64,000 nucleotides of DNA, taken from positions 2,790,001 to 2,854,000 of the forward strand of contig CM102289.1 of the NCBI GenBank assembly GCA_046563655.1, read 5' to 3'. The position numbers and the translations under genes are program-made. The DNA comes from Yuukianura sp. NJ FZ-2021 (lineage: Eukaryota). Below the pieces are notes generated by a model. That model ran no database searches and was not told the DNA's origin. It worked only from the letters and a program-made list of their open reading frames with translations. Positions 1 through 12,803 of the stretch are shown here, one piece after another; the stretch's first letter is position 1, and every line of letters starts with the position of its first letter.

Positions 1-987
1 GAAATTCTTGAAGCACAGCGTCCACTCAGTTCTTGGTGACATTCGGGAGCATAATGCCATCCGACATTACCTTTAGGAACACATTCTCACATTTCAGAAC
101 CACATTCGTAACGTAATCATTCGGAAGAAGGAGTCCTCCTCTTGAAAGCTGCATAATCCAGCTAGTTTCAGAATCTGGAAGTGCAAATGTTGAAGAAGGA
201 ATGCCAAAAGTTCCGATTCCTTGTCTCTTCAACTTCCACGCTAGGTATCATTCGATTGATAGTAAACGTCTTCATCAGCAATTTACGTTTCAAATTGAGT
301 AAACTCTGCTCAAGCTTATGGATTTTGAGTTCTAGAGATTAAAAAATATATATAATAGAACCAAAAAATCTCATATCATTTTAATTTCGTTGTCAGAATT
401 CACCATTGTCCGGAGTCTTGGTTTGCGTACACGCATGCGCACAGAATACCCGGAATTCCACAAACGCAGCTGGTGACTCGACTTCCATTTCTTCTGGCGT
501 AGGAGATTCACTTGTTTGTTGTTCTAGAAAATCCAAACCGATTGAACTCTCAAAATCTAATTAGTAAAAGAACACTGGAAAAGGAATGCAGTGCCTAATT
601 GTATCTGTAACGTACTTGTATGGATTTCTTCTTCCAGCAATGTTTTTATGATTTGCGCATGCTCCTTCCGTTTCATTCGTGCGTCTCGTTCATTCGTAGT
701 GTTGGTAGTTGGATTTGACTGGGGGACAGCGTCACGCTTCAGCTTCTTCCGGAGTGGAAGCCCCAGCAATTCGTGTTTCAAATCCCGTTCGTAATCGTCT
801 TCGGCAAAGTGTGCTGAGCATACTCTGTGAGTCACTGGGCGAAATATTTGTCGGGACGTCTATGGCACTTTTCAATCCATCGACTGCGAACCATCTTCAC
901 ATTTGGAAACTCGTGAAACACAATTCCAGATCCAGCACATGCTTCAGAATTGTTCGTACACGTTGGGAATGCGCAGTAGTTCGGCAT
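1..987 (-). mobile_element. P-element/THAP9-type transposase relic, internally deleted and frameshifted; runs off the left edge
   Basis: ATG at 987. THAP signature CAFPTC..FHEFP..W..C, then after a frameshift near 845, THRVCSAHF..LKRDAVP. The 26-250 segment reads YLAWKLK..SWIMQLSRGGLLLP, resembling the P-transposase C-terminal region. The catalytic core between them is absent. Confidence 0.75.
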
Positions 988-1476
988 AATGTGCCAAGAT
1001 AACTCCCCAAAGCGAAAACTCTCGAACTGTACTGACAACTGAACTTAAACTACTAACTGGGTTAACTAAATTGTAACGATTAACTTAAATATGAGCAATT
1101 AATCGGTCTAAACGTGAGGAATACAATGGAACTTAATTGGATTTCCTAGCCACGCCCCCTCTACCGCTCTCGGAATGACGTCACGTTTTTTTTCGTTGTT
1201 TATTTTTGAAAAATCGGTTTTGGTCGCTAGGGCACTTTTGCCGCTAGCTGAGTGCAAACAACTTTTTGCCCCAATTTTGCGCCAATTCCGCTACTACAAA
1301 TCATTACCATAGTAAGGCACGGTGAAGCAAGTTTTGCAAAGTATTTAACAAAATTAAAAAACGTCGAGTTAATGAATAACCTCTTGTAGCAATCAACAAT
1401 CTGCTTGTTTACCCACCTTGATAAGTACTGTACATAAGTAAATATTTACAATATAAATATTATTTTAATTCCTTAG

Positions 1477-1930
1477 CACATTGTGTATTGATGGCAACGT
1501 GACCACATACCGCCAACTGACTGTGCTCAACACTTTGTTCAACAGTTGGTTTGCACCCACCTACACACCTACCCTCGTCGGACTCCTGGCAGTCTTCTGG
1601 GTTCGCAGCATCTACATCGCTATCCGGGCAGCTTCGGTTTTGCCCCCAGGCGAATACTATGTGTATTTGACTATTCTAATTGGAAACAGCATAGTTTCGC
1701 TGGTGACTTGCTCAATGACAAGTGCGATCCAGCACAACGCTGAAACTCTCCTGCAACACTGGCATCGGTCAAAGCAACTCAAAACCCCTAAAGAACACCG
1801 TCTTCTGAAAAGTGTACATCCATTTGGAGTGCGCGTTGCACGCCTCTACGTCATTGGTCATGGAACGAAGGTCACGTTACTTCGATACGTCTTTGACGCT
1901 ACAGTGAACGTACTCGTGGGGATAGAGTGA
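1477..1930 (+). CDS. Terminal exon of a gustatory/odorant-receptor-like 7TM chemoreceptor; upstream exons not found
   Basis: Acceptor ttccttag at ~1476. Hydrophobic helices, YRQLTVLNTLFN and a C-terminal SVHPFGVRVARLYVI..TLLRYVFDATVNVL pattern; same architecture as the last exon of the neighbouring gene. Confidence 0.5.
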
Positions 1931-2761
1931 GTCCAAGCTTCACAGTAAGCTTTAGTAGTAATAGCGGGTTAGCTAAATTGGCGTATATTAAACTAATACC
2001 TCATAATCCATGTCAATGATCGCTTTCTTTTTCTATTTTCTTGCGAATCGCTGCAAACATAACCGGTATAGGAAAAGATTTAATCATATGGAAATTGGTA
2101 AAGGTCGGATTGACATAACTGACTAAATTGATCTGGCTTTGATGAAAACTGAGTAGTCATACTTCCTTTTGTTTGCAAAATTTTTTCAAAAATTGTTAGG
2201 TTCCGCAAAACTATCATGTGCCCTCCTTTCCTCAATTTTGTTCTAGGCAAAAATACGCCCATCATGTTCATATCTGCAGATGAGCATATACAAGTTATTG
2301 ATTTTTAAAGTTGCTTATTGAAAATAACTTATAGTCAAGTTAAACGCAAACAGTTAGATTCTAACAAAAGCTGAAAGTCGCTTTTTTTGCAATAATTTTT
2401 TGAAACATTTTTAATTTTCTCTTCTTTTTTAAATTCCTTTAGCATTAAATCGACATTTGATTTTAAAAATTAATTCAGCGGGGTTTCACCTTTTTTTCGA
2501 AGATGAAAAAGTTGGCGACTCGCGAATAATTCCGATAAGTGCTTTTGTGTTTTAAAATTAAAAACAATTCCACTTGAGCGGTTTTAGTATGGATTTCTTT
2601 CAAATGTATTATCCAAGAGGTTTTAGGTTTTTGTAGTGCTTAACGAAGCTATTACACAGAAAACCCGGTTTCACTGGGTCGAACTTTAGTGCTTTTTCGA
2701 TTCACCTCAAACCAAACAGAAACAGAACTTCGTTAATATTAGAAGCTTCGTTTTGCCCAAA

Positions 2762-4259
2762 ATGATTCCTGTTGAAACGCTGCAACTTTTTTTTCGTGTG
2801 AACAACATTGTTGCTAAGTGTTGGCTTTCGCCTTTTATTTGTGACCTAAACACAACGTCTGTTCGGGTGTCGAATGACTCTATAGGAAGAGGTCACCTTC
2901 AAATTTCAAAATGGAAACTGGTCACATTCGTGTCAATTTTAGTTCAGGTACATTTGATATTCATGTACACTGGTGTGTTCTTTTTAGAAATTTCACCCGA
3001 GGAACGAACAATTCTTGCTTGTTTCATCTGTATGCTAACGCTAACAATACTTGTGCAACATTTCATTCTTACCGAAGCTCCGAACATAGCCAGTTCAATG
3101 AACAACCTTCTCGCAATCAACAACAAATTTCGTAAGTTTAAGCCGCGCTCACACTTTTCTAAAAGGTCAAAATTTTTTTTAACCCTGAGACCTACGTAAG
3201 TCTCAGGATTAAAAAATTACGTACGTAACCTAGCAAATTTCAGCTCCTTTAAACGGGTAAAAGTTAATATTTAAGAATTAAAATAAATTTATAAAATAAA
3301 TAAGAATTAAATAGTTAACAAAAAGTTAATTTAACTTATGTTATGGCACGACGACTTGAAATAAATGTTTCTTGATTGTAGAAACAGCTTTTGACATACC
3401 AACACTAGACAAAGATAGTACGAAGAAACTTATCAAAGGCGGAGTTGCTTTGACGCTACTCTCTCCGCTGTTCAACTACCCGGCATTTCTTGTGTTCTGC
3501 TCCCGCAAGCATTATATAATCGTTCGAATCATCTTATTTTTCAGCCAGTTTATACCACACAATGTCAGTTTCACGGCAGCAGTAGCAACTGTCCTAGTTA
3601 CGGTATTGTGGATCCATATGCTAGGCTTCCTTATCATAGGAATCCTGGTGGAAACTTCGTTCAGATGGTGGTTGTTATCCAGAAATGCGAGGTAACTCAT
3701 AAATTAAAATTATTTTCCTTGGAATTGTTGCAAACAGTGTTTCGCAAAAGAAACAAAAAACTACACGTAGTATCACTGTCGCTTTTAAAAAATTGATGCT
3801 GAATTTAGGGCTAAAGCTGAGCCTAGGAAAATAAATCGAACGGGCACCGAGCTACTGTATCGATCGCTTCAACTTCTGCATAGTCAAATGACGGATATGA
3901 CAAGGTACATTTGTCCAGGGGCTCAAGTAGTCACAGCGTCTGTTCTGATTACAATTTCCTACAGCTTGGTCACCCTTGACCTTCATGCAAACCCTGCCAT
4001 CGCAACCATGCTCGTAGTCATGGCAACGATTGCTTTTTTCTCATACTACTACCTCATGGAAATATTTGGGTCAATTCAAATTGCTTCGGCCAAATTTCCT
4101 ATCGTCCATGTTGGAGTTCTGACACCACAGTTCAGACGGTCGTGTAGTCAAATTAGGTGGAAAATGGGAAGTTCATACTATGTGCACAAAAACACATTTC
4201 CGTCCATGATCAAAAACGTCGTCATCAAAATATTGATAAAACTAATCATAACGTTTTAA
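2762..4259 (+). CDS. Gustatory/odorant-receptor-like multi-TM chemoreceptor, 3 exons (2762-3131, 3382-3691, 3809-4259)
   Basis: GT-AG introns join three ORFs in phase. About 7 hydrophobic segments; LYRSLQLLH and a RSCSQIRWKMGSSYYVHKNTF C-terminal motif. Confidence 0.6.
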
Positions 4260-4707
4260 GGCTTTAGCATAACTTTTTTTTTTGTATTGTGTCGACAAAC
4301 AATTTCATGTAACCTTTCCTTTTTTTTTTCATCTAGCAAAAACTGAAAAACATGCTATTTTTTTTTGTGTCATAGATGAACTCTTGTCGTTGTGTTTTTG
4401 TTGCATGCCCACAGTTTTTCTGACATACTACAGGCAATTTGAATAAAAATTGACCAATATTCACAATAAATCAATAAATATTAGAATATGCATAACTCTA
4501 ACATCAAAGGGAGCACTACAACATGTTGACTTGTTTACACAATTGAAGCAGAACAAAACTTCCTGCTATCTTTTTTGAAGCAACTTGTGTTTTAAATTTC
4601 AAGTTGAATTAAACAGTCAATTTCCGTTGCAATTTCCAAAAACTTGTATAGGTACCAACCAATGTTAAAAAAACCACAACATTTTTTTTAATCTTCTCGA
4701 TAAACAT

Positions 4708-5981
4708 TTATATGAGGCACACAAGAAAATAAATGATGAGAAAAACAATAGACGCTATTGGGATCCCCATGGTCAAAAGTTTTCCAAATTTTTGAAAGCA
4801 TGGCGGCTTTTTCTCTTCCTAAAACAAAAACATGAAGTTTGGTGAAATTTTGAGTTCTAGAATTTTGAAATACTCACCGACTGAGAATGCCAAGATGGAT
4901 TCTTGGAATGTGTGAAGACAAGGAGGTTGTAAATAAACAGGAAAAGTTGAAGCGCAGAGGCAGTGAAAATCCAAATGTCGCATGCCGTTAGTGCTCCGCT
5001 GCTTGCAGCAGAGACGTAGTACATTTGAGTCATTATTTGGTAGACTAAAAACAGCGTCAGTGAGAAGATGGTCCGAATTAGGCCCAATTGCAAATTAGGT
5101 GATGAATTTTCAGTGTCTGCTGAGCTGTCTTCCCTGAGAAACAACGTAAAGTAGGAAAGTATTGCAAATACAAGACCGGGAAGCATGATTAATTTAAAAT
5201 GTCGGAATGGATTTCGTTTCAGTTTGATTCCGACAGTCAAAATTCTGAATTCTCCCGGCATTTCGACTTCTTTGTGAGACATTTGCGTAACTGAGCTCAG
5301 ACTGAACTGTGAGTCATAAACTCTGACGCTGGACTCCACAATTCTGCCGTTCCAAACCATGTCTAAGGACAGTGTTGAAAATGCATCTACTTAAAAAAAT
5401 AAATAAGGTAAGATTTATATTTTGATGCGTAAAGTGTAATTTTTAGACTTGCGTGTTTTAAAACGAATCCCACAATCTTGGATGTCAAAAGGAAGTTTCA
5501 TGAATGAGAACTGGCAATGGACTTCAGCGACATGCCTGATCAAAAAAAATTGTTTAGCTGATACGCATGAGCATGAAATTTTTGGAATCATTTAGTTTTA
5601 CCTTTCAGTGAGAACTATTTCTCCCTCTGGTTTGATTTGCATTGACTGTCCAAACGTTTCATCTGAAGCGTCTACAATAAACAGTGGTGGGAACCAAATG
5701 TTTGGCAGAATACTGACAAATGTTGTGGATTTGTTAACCGCATCTTTCAGGCGTGGATCAGTCCAACTTGTACGTAAAGTCAAATCTGTAATGAACTTTG
5801 ACCCTACCTCGTCGATTCCGCGAATACTGAGAGCGTCTACAGAGATGCTCAACACATCTTCCACGGCTCCATGGTTTGGTCGAAAGTTTTTGTCATATGT
5901 TTTCGGAATATTGGCAACATTATGTTGTCCATCAAATGAAAGTTCGAAGGCAGTGGCATACGGAATTCTAAGAACAAACAA
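4708..5981 (-). CDS. Divergent Cys-loop ligand-gated ion channel subunit, multi-exon; true 5' end not resolved
   Basis: YDKNFRP, IRGIDE, SWTDPRL and IWFPPLF in the ligand-binding domain. Cys-loop CQFSFMKLPFDIQDC at ~5475-5520. LKRNPFRH pre-M1, ALTACDIW before M3, and an M4 exon ending TAA at 4708-4710. Confidence 0.85.
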
Positions 5982-7185
5982 ACAATAACAAACACAACTA
6001 GAATTAAAAACTAGAAAGCGAAAATGTCGTGTTTTAAATTTTAACTTGTCTTAGTTGCCGTTAAACTAAAAAGTCACTCCTGCAAAGCAAAAATTCCATT
6101 CCATTTCCAAGCATTATTTTTGGTTGTTCGAATTTTTGGATTTTGACATCACTTTAAAACCAGGTTTATTATTGTAAGAACTCAAGCGTTGGGTTTAAAA
6201 TTATGAAAAACTACCAACGTTTAAAAATAGAATCGATTTTTATTGTCAAATTAATTGAAAGTCTCTCAATGTCCACCACGATTTCACGTAGCAATGGCTA
6301 AAATAGGCAGACACGCAAGTTCTACTGTAATTTACTAAAGAGTGGCATTGTCAACCATTGCCATGATTGATGGTTAAATCAATTAATTCAAATTGTACTC
6401 ACAAGGACAAGAGGATTACTTTCCACAAACTCCTCTCCATTGCCATTTTCTTGTGCTTTACCAAAACCAAAAACGAACACCGTAACACGAAATTTTGAAA
6501 ATCACTTCCATAATACCAGAAAATGTTGTTTCAGGGCACCGAGGTCATTGGAGCACCAATGTCTTACACTATTTTTGTTACGTCGTTCTAACTTTCATAA
6601 ATAAAAAATAAACAACTTTTCTCTCGACTTGTAAAAATGAAAGTTTGAGTTTCTTGAATGACGGGGTGTGTTGCGAAATCTCAATCACCAAAAATTAAGA
6701 ACAAGTTTTTGTTTGCGTCTTGTACCATGAGCGGAGAATGCCGCCGGAGGTCGAACTTGGCTCAAAACTGCTTGATTCAATTGGCGAGGCGAAAGATTTT
6801 TTTCCTGTTGTTCAATTTAGTGATCTTATAAGAGATGATCTTTTGACTTGGACATTCATGCACGATTGGGTGGGATAATAACGTTAGAGATCACTAAAGG
6901 GCCAGAATTGAATAGTTTATTGTAACCATACAGCCTATGCATTGCACACTATAAAACTGTTGAAAAAGAAAACAACATAGCCACACTATAATACGATCAA
7001 TGACGTTGTGCGATCAATGCGTTTGTGATGAAAAAAATTGGCATCATGAAATAATAGACGGTAAAAAAAACTTGGCAGAATAAAAGACGTCACTACAAAA
7101 TTTTCTGAAGCAATTTTTTTTTTGGTTTTGAAATGAACGCAAAATGAAAACCAAAACCGAATTTCAAAAATATTTTAAACTCAGA

Positions 7186-8121
7186 TTAAGCGATTGAAAA
7201 GTTGACCTTGGGCCCCTGAATGTTCATTTTTCTGAATTCCAATACAAACGACAAGATGTAAATGTCAATCAAGACGGCCGTTGTCCACTCTGCCGTAACA
7301 GAAGCAACACGCAGATTCCAACCTGGTTCGCTTCTGTCCCATTTTAGCATGTTTGATCCTAGAATACATATAAAAATGCGTTTAAAAAATTTTTAGTGCA
7401 TTAATTTCCAAAATTTCTATTCTAACGCGTCTAACGCGTTTTGGTTTTTGACTGACCTTGAAAATCAACAAAAGAGAAAACACCGCATATGTAAGTGACA
7501 GCAAATAGGATAATGCCAAACACGCCAATCAATAGTCTGACGATGGCTATTGTTGTGTTTACAAATGCCGGCAACATTTTGAATGTAAAGTAGGCCTGAA
7601 ATAAGTACAAACAATCGGGTCATTGAACTCTTCAGTTCCCGCTCCACGGCTAAATGATGGTTAATTGAGTTGTACCTGAAAGGTCAAGTAAATTGACCCA
7701 CCAAGGAATGCCATGAAGGCTCCCACCATATGTATTGTGATGGCATTCGTTTGCTGGAATGATGCTACGATCAGGACTCCAAGTGCAGCACTTAGGCCAA
7801 TCAGCAGCGTAGCGACGTTGAATCGATGTGTCCAAACTTTCTTCCCGTAAAAGTAAACTTTGATTTGTTTATAACGGACGTACATGACAGATCCAACTGT
7901 TCAAATTTTACTTTTAGTCTTGGGCAAAATTCAAGTTTTTTTCTCGAAATTCAGAAATCAAAATTTGTTGTTCAATTTTTTGTTTGTACTATATCTTACG
8001 TGAAACTCCACATAGGGAGAGTAGAAGGCTAAACCAGCAGGATTCTGGTGGCAGCGTCCCGGTATCGGAGATGTAAGCAAATACGGGGTCGATGTGTTCA
8101 TAAGACAAAGCAATTGTGTAG
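7186..8121 (-). CDS. DRAM/TMEM150 (Frag1/DRAM/Sfk1) family membrane protein; 4 exons found, first coding exon not located
   Basis: Spliced frame gives YISDTGTLPPESCWF, MYVRYKQ, IVASFQQT..IHMVGAFMAF and SVTAEW..EFRK; stop at 7186-7188. Confidence 0.85.
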
Positions 8122-8732
8122 CTGTAGATTTTTGAAAAAAAAAAAAACAGAAAATTTTATTTTGCAATCAAGGTTGAACGAAATTGGATGAATGAACCGA
8201 CGAAAGTTTTATTTTCTACAGTACAGCCAAAATCGTAAACTGTGTGCTAAATTCGGTACCGTTGATAACCCGCTATGATTTTTAATGAAACTGGGCCAAC
8301 TGAACTGGAAAGCAATACATCCGCCTAATCTCATCTCTTTTGTGATAAACGATAATTTACAAACCAAATCTACCAATTAGATGGCTTTATACTGTTCCGG
8401 CAAAAGCACCGTGACCTTTGACCTCTCAAAGTTGAAATGAAAACGTCTTATTTCTTCATAGTGACAATTCTTGCATGCAATCTCACGGTTACTCAAAATT
8501 GGAATTCAGCATTTCGGTTTTACGTTTTGAGCGAACATCCACTTTGCTTAAGATGTTTCTTAACCTTTGACCTCTGCGTCTCCAGGCGACACTGCCGGTT
8601 TATTGTGGCAGTTTAGCTCTCATCCCCAATTGGAATTCTGCAATATTGAAAAAACATCGAAAAAATTTGCGTTTCGTGTGAAATGCATTACTACTTACAT
8701 TTTCTTTTAAATATTTTGTTCATTAAAAAGTG

Positions 8733-8944
8733 ACCACTCAGATTGCCACGACCCCCTCCCCGGAGCCCGAAGGCTTCCGAGGAACGGTCATCGGAGACCG
8801 AGTTTCGTCCAGACGGGCGACACTCGGCCAGTCTCACGCTCAGAGACCGTGGCTACCTCTCCTCCTCGTGGTTTGTTCCTTCGCCAAAGAGGCTAAGGGT
8901 TTGAGCATTCATACTAAAGAAATGATCCTTTGAAGTATGATCTC
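8733..8944 (-). ncRNA. U3: U3 snoRNA
   Basis: Minus strand reads GAGATCATACTTCAAAGGATCATTTCT (boxes A'/A), AAACCACGAGGAGGAGAGGTAGC (C'), CTGAGCGTGA (box B), CGATGACCG (box C variant) and CTGAGTGGT (box D plus terminal stem). About 212 nt, with hairpins between the boxes. Confidence 0.92.
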
Positions 8945-10071
8945 GAATTCTACACTCCCAGGCAGGCTAAACTAGGCCACAAGCACAGAAAACACAATCC
9001 AGACCATACACAATTTACACGAATTCATTAAGGAATTAAGTATATGGTAGGTTCGGCATTAAGAGAATTATGAAGGAAATTTTAATGGCTTTTTGAAAGT
9101 TTCATTAAAAACTGGATAAAACGTATAAGGAAGTTGAATTAATTGAATTTTGTGAATCGATTTTCGTATTCATTAGAACCCTTGCGGTGAAACGGGAAGA
9201 AACTTTTGCAACGCTAAAACTACATTTCAAACTTCACTGTGCAGTGGAAGTGAAAACAGCTTGCATCAGTTGTATCCACGCTAAGCAGTCATCAACGCCG
9301 TGTGGGACGTTTACAATTTATGTGTCTTAACTACACATTGGCATTAGAATAATTAAATTCTTACTTTGACTACAGTGCAGTTGAGAACACAATGTTGAAA
9401 CTGGTATACTGTCTTATATTAGTTATATTCTATATATCATATCGTATAAGCATTCTCTTTTAAGTATTACACTTGCTCAGCTAAACATTATTTAATAAAC
9501 TATTTTAAACTATTACTGTTGATAAAAGTTCAGAATGTTAGTTGTGTTGATGAATTTGATATAGTAGAGGCTAATTTTTAATTAGTCAATGAAAAACACA
9601 TTTATTGCTGCTAAACTGCAATCAGGTTAAGTTTACCCTCAGTAAAGGGCTTTCTTTTCTAATAAAGCCCATTACTTTAATTTTTGACCATTGGTTTTTG
9701 CTTGTTTAATTGCTATAAACATCCCTTAATTATTAATTATACTTCCTATGAAAGTAAACCAGGAGTTTTAGCAATAATACTCCGAAATAATTTATCTCTA
9801 ATCATGCAATAAGCAAAGTAAATACAAGAAAGAACAAATGCAAACAGGAAAACATGAAAGTAAAACAATAAAGTGCTTAAAGTAGAAAAAAAAACTATAT
9901 AAGTATTATACTCATATTTTATTTAATATTAAACTCCAAAAGCATCCGTGGTCACAACGGTGATATTTACCCGTCTTGCACTCAGGTTCCCCTTGGAGAT
10001 CACATGTGCTTTTCACATTGTGAAATAGTGGGAGCTCTTGCTAACCAGCCAACCGGTTTTTCATTGGGAAA

Positions 10072-11820
10072 ATGAATTTCGCCTTTCTCAGAGGTGTTTC
10101 AGCTGTGTCCACGTCAGCGTCCAGGAAATACTTTTCAGTTGCTAATGTGCTCTGGACAGAACGGGCTGCTTCATTGACATTAATTGCTTTCCTGAATCAA
10201 CTGTCATCGACTCGCGTTCTGTCTACTGTTGCGCCGTTGAACATGTCTAAGTTCACAATTGAAGAAAGAGGAAGTCTCAATGACTTCAACTACCGAATCT
10301 ATTTCCGTAAGTTAACATGTACATGATTAGGCTATAGATTTTTTATGTTATGTATTGCTATTTTTTTTCTTACTTCTGGTTAATCTGGGTTGTGGTTGGT
10401 TCAATATAATAATATAACGTGAAACCGTGGTCAATGTCAACCGTACCGTGACTGTGAATGAGAATGGCGTTGCCGTTTTATGGACTTGCATAATGATTTG
10501 GCATTAATTTTGTTTTAGGGGATGCAAATGGTCCAATTTCACCGTTCCATGACATTCCACTACGTGCCACTGGAAATGATTGCAACATTTTCAACATGAT
10601 TGTCGAAGTACCTAGATGGACTAACGCAAAGATGGAAGTACGATGTTCAGTTCGCAAAAAATAACACACCATGTCGAGTCAAAGTCTTAAATTGTTTAAA
10701 TCTTTTCACTAGATTGCTACGAAGGATCCACTGAACCCAATCAAACAAGACATCAAGAAGGAGAAACCTCGGTTTGTTGCTAATTGTTTTCCACACCATG
10801 GATACATTTGGAACTACGGAGCTCTTCCACAGACTTGGGAAAATCCTCATGCCGTCGATGCTGCTACGAAGTGCAAGGGAGACAACGATCCAATTGACGT
10901 GTGTGAAATTGGCAGCAAGGTACACACAGAAAGACATTCAAGTTCATACTTCATATCAAAATTACTGTCGATTTATTCAAAGTTTTGTTTTTTCTTGTGC
11001 TTATCTAAAATAGATTCATAAGCGTGGAGATGTCGTTCAAGTCAAAGTTCTAGGAGTCTTTGGTCTTATCGATGAAGGTAAAGCTTCTGTAGAAGATTTT
11101 ATCTGGATGCTAATTTGAGATAAACGTTGTATTGCAGGAGAGACTGACTGGAAAATACTCGCAATCGACATTACCGACCCAATAGCTGATAAACTAAAAG
11201 GTGATACAAGATTACACGAATGTCTAACTTGTATGCGGTGTTTCTAAAGTGTAGTGTTCTTAATTTTCAGATATTGAAGATGTTGAGCGACTAATGCCAG
11301 GATACTTGAGAGCAACTGTGGAATGGTTCCGAATCTATAAGATTCCAGATGGTAAACCTGAAAACCAATTTGCCTTTGGCGGAGAAGCTAAAAATGCTGC
11401 ATTTGCCCTTAAACTTATTGCTGAAACCCACGAATATTGGGTTAATCTTTCCAATAAGAACATTCCGAATGACGGCGGATTGGCACTGTAAGCACGTATC
11501 ACTAGTATCTATCTAGTATCTGAACATCCACATCTCAAGCATAAGTTGATTAATTAATCGCGTGGATTTTCCTAAGTAGTTTTGATTGTATTGTAGCCAA
11601 CGTGTGAATGATGCTACCTCATCTTTCGCAATCAGCAGTGATGACGCCACTACAATTCTAAACAGCAATCCACCCGCCGGAGAACCCCGTCCTTTGGATC
11701 CATATGGTACTGAAAACTCAAGTTTTAAAATTATCATACTATATTTTTTAAATATTATTATATTTCTATATAGTTGACAAGTGGCACTATGTTACCGTCA
11801 ATCCTGTCAATCAACAATGA
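10072..11820 (+). CDS. Soluble family I inorganic pyrophosphatase (PPA1/PPA2, Nurf-38-like), ~8 exons, with N-terminal transit-peptide-like extension
   Basis: [87 protein letters not shown] introns; stop at 11818-11820. Confidence 0.95.
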
Positions 11821-12803
11821 TAATCCACTCGGAACGGATACGAACCACAACGAGCGAGCTAATTCAGATGACAAAACTAATACATTGTATCACAAACTTC
11901 CTTGTGGGTGAAACAAATCTAATGTATCACAATTCAAAGTCAACTTATCACTGTAACTTCAACAGTGATCTTAAGGTAAAAATTGGATTTCTGAAAACTT
12001 TAAGTGAAAATAAAGTATAATCGGTGATTCTAGCTTAACTTCCAGGCGCGAAACGTTCGTTCATTGTTATTACTAATCGTAAGTACTAACCTTAACTATA
12101 GCAGAAACTTCAAAAGAATCTAATAACTCAAATGCATTGTGTGAATGTGAAACCAAAATTGTGTGTGAGCTTAAGAAACTACTGGAAGTCCTCTTGGACT
12201 TTTTTGTACAATGGATGGAACACGTGGATTCTGAAATTTTGAATTTTCGAAATATCTATTTTCGTTTTTTTTTTTCTGAAATGGTGTAAAAATCAATATT
12301 TTTAGTATAAATTAAGTTATTGCGCATCATATTCATAAATCATAATACCGTGAATTCGTATTATTATTTTTTTGCTTGACCTACTTCTTCTCTTCGTGTT
12401 TAAAATTCTTTTTCCTTTCGTTTTCTTTTTCAAAACGTAATTTTAGTTCGTGTTAATTTTTTTTTGTCATTCTAACAATCGGGCCGAGAAAGGAGGGGGC
12501 AAATCGAACATTTTAGGCATGCAATGGGCTGACACTTTACGACAACGAAAAAATTTGCCCTTGGATTTTATTTTTTTTTTACCTTATTTTGTCCTCAATT
12601 TTAAGATTAAAAACTAGAAATTCGGGGTCTTTTGTCTGTACTGCAGATTTAACGTAATTTTAATTTTGATTACCTAAATTTTATTAGGTGAATTTACAAA
12701 TTAATAAGCTGACAATAAAGCAACAAAAAATACACACGAAAATTCATTACCGAATTGTTCCTATTACAGATTACCTACTACTTGGCATTAAATTACTAAG
12801 TAA

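Noticed and set aside
3179..3212. TTAA-flanked 26-bp hairpin resembling piggyBac ends
   Set aside because: Too short and imperfect to call as an element.
8785..8850. Hammerhead-like GGACGAAAC / CGATGA motifs
   Set aside because: The order and core are wrong for a hammerhead; they belong to the U3 box B/C hairpin.
8730..8933. 67-aa plus-strand ORF
   Set aside because: It is the antisense of the U3 snoRNA.
9020..9040. PSEA-like element upstream of U3
   Set aside because: Weak match in AT-rich DNA, and further upstream than expected.
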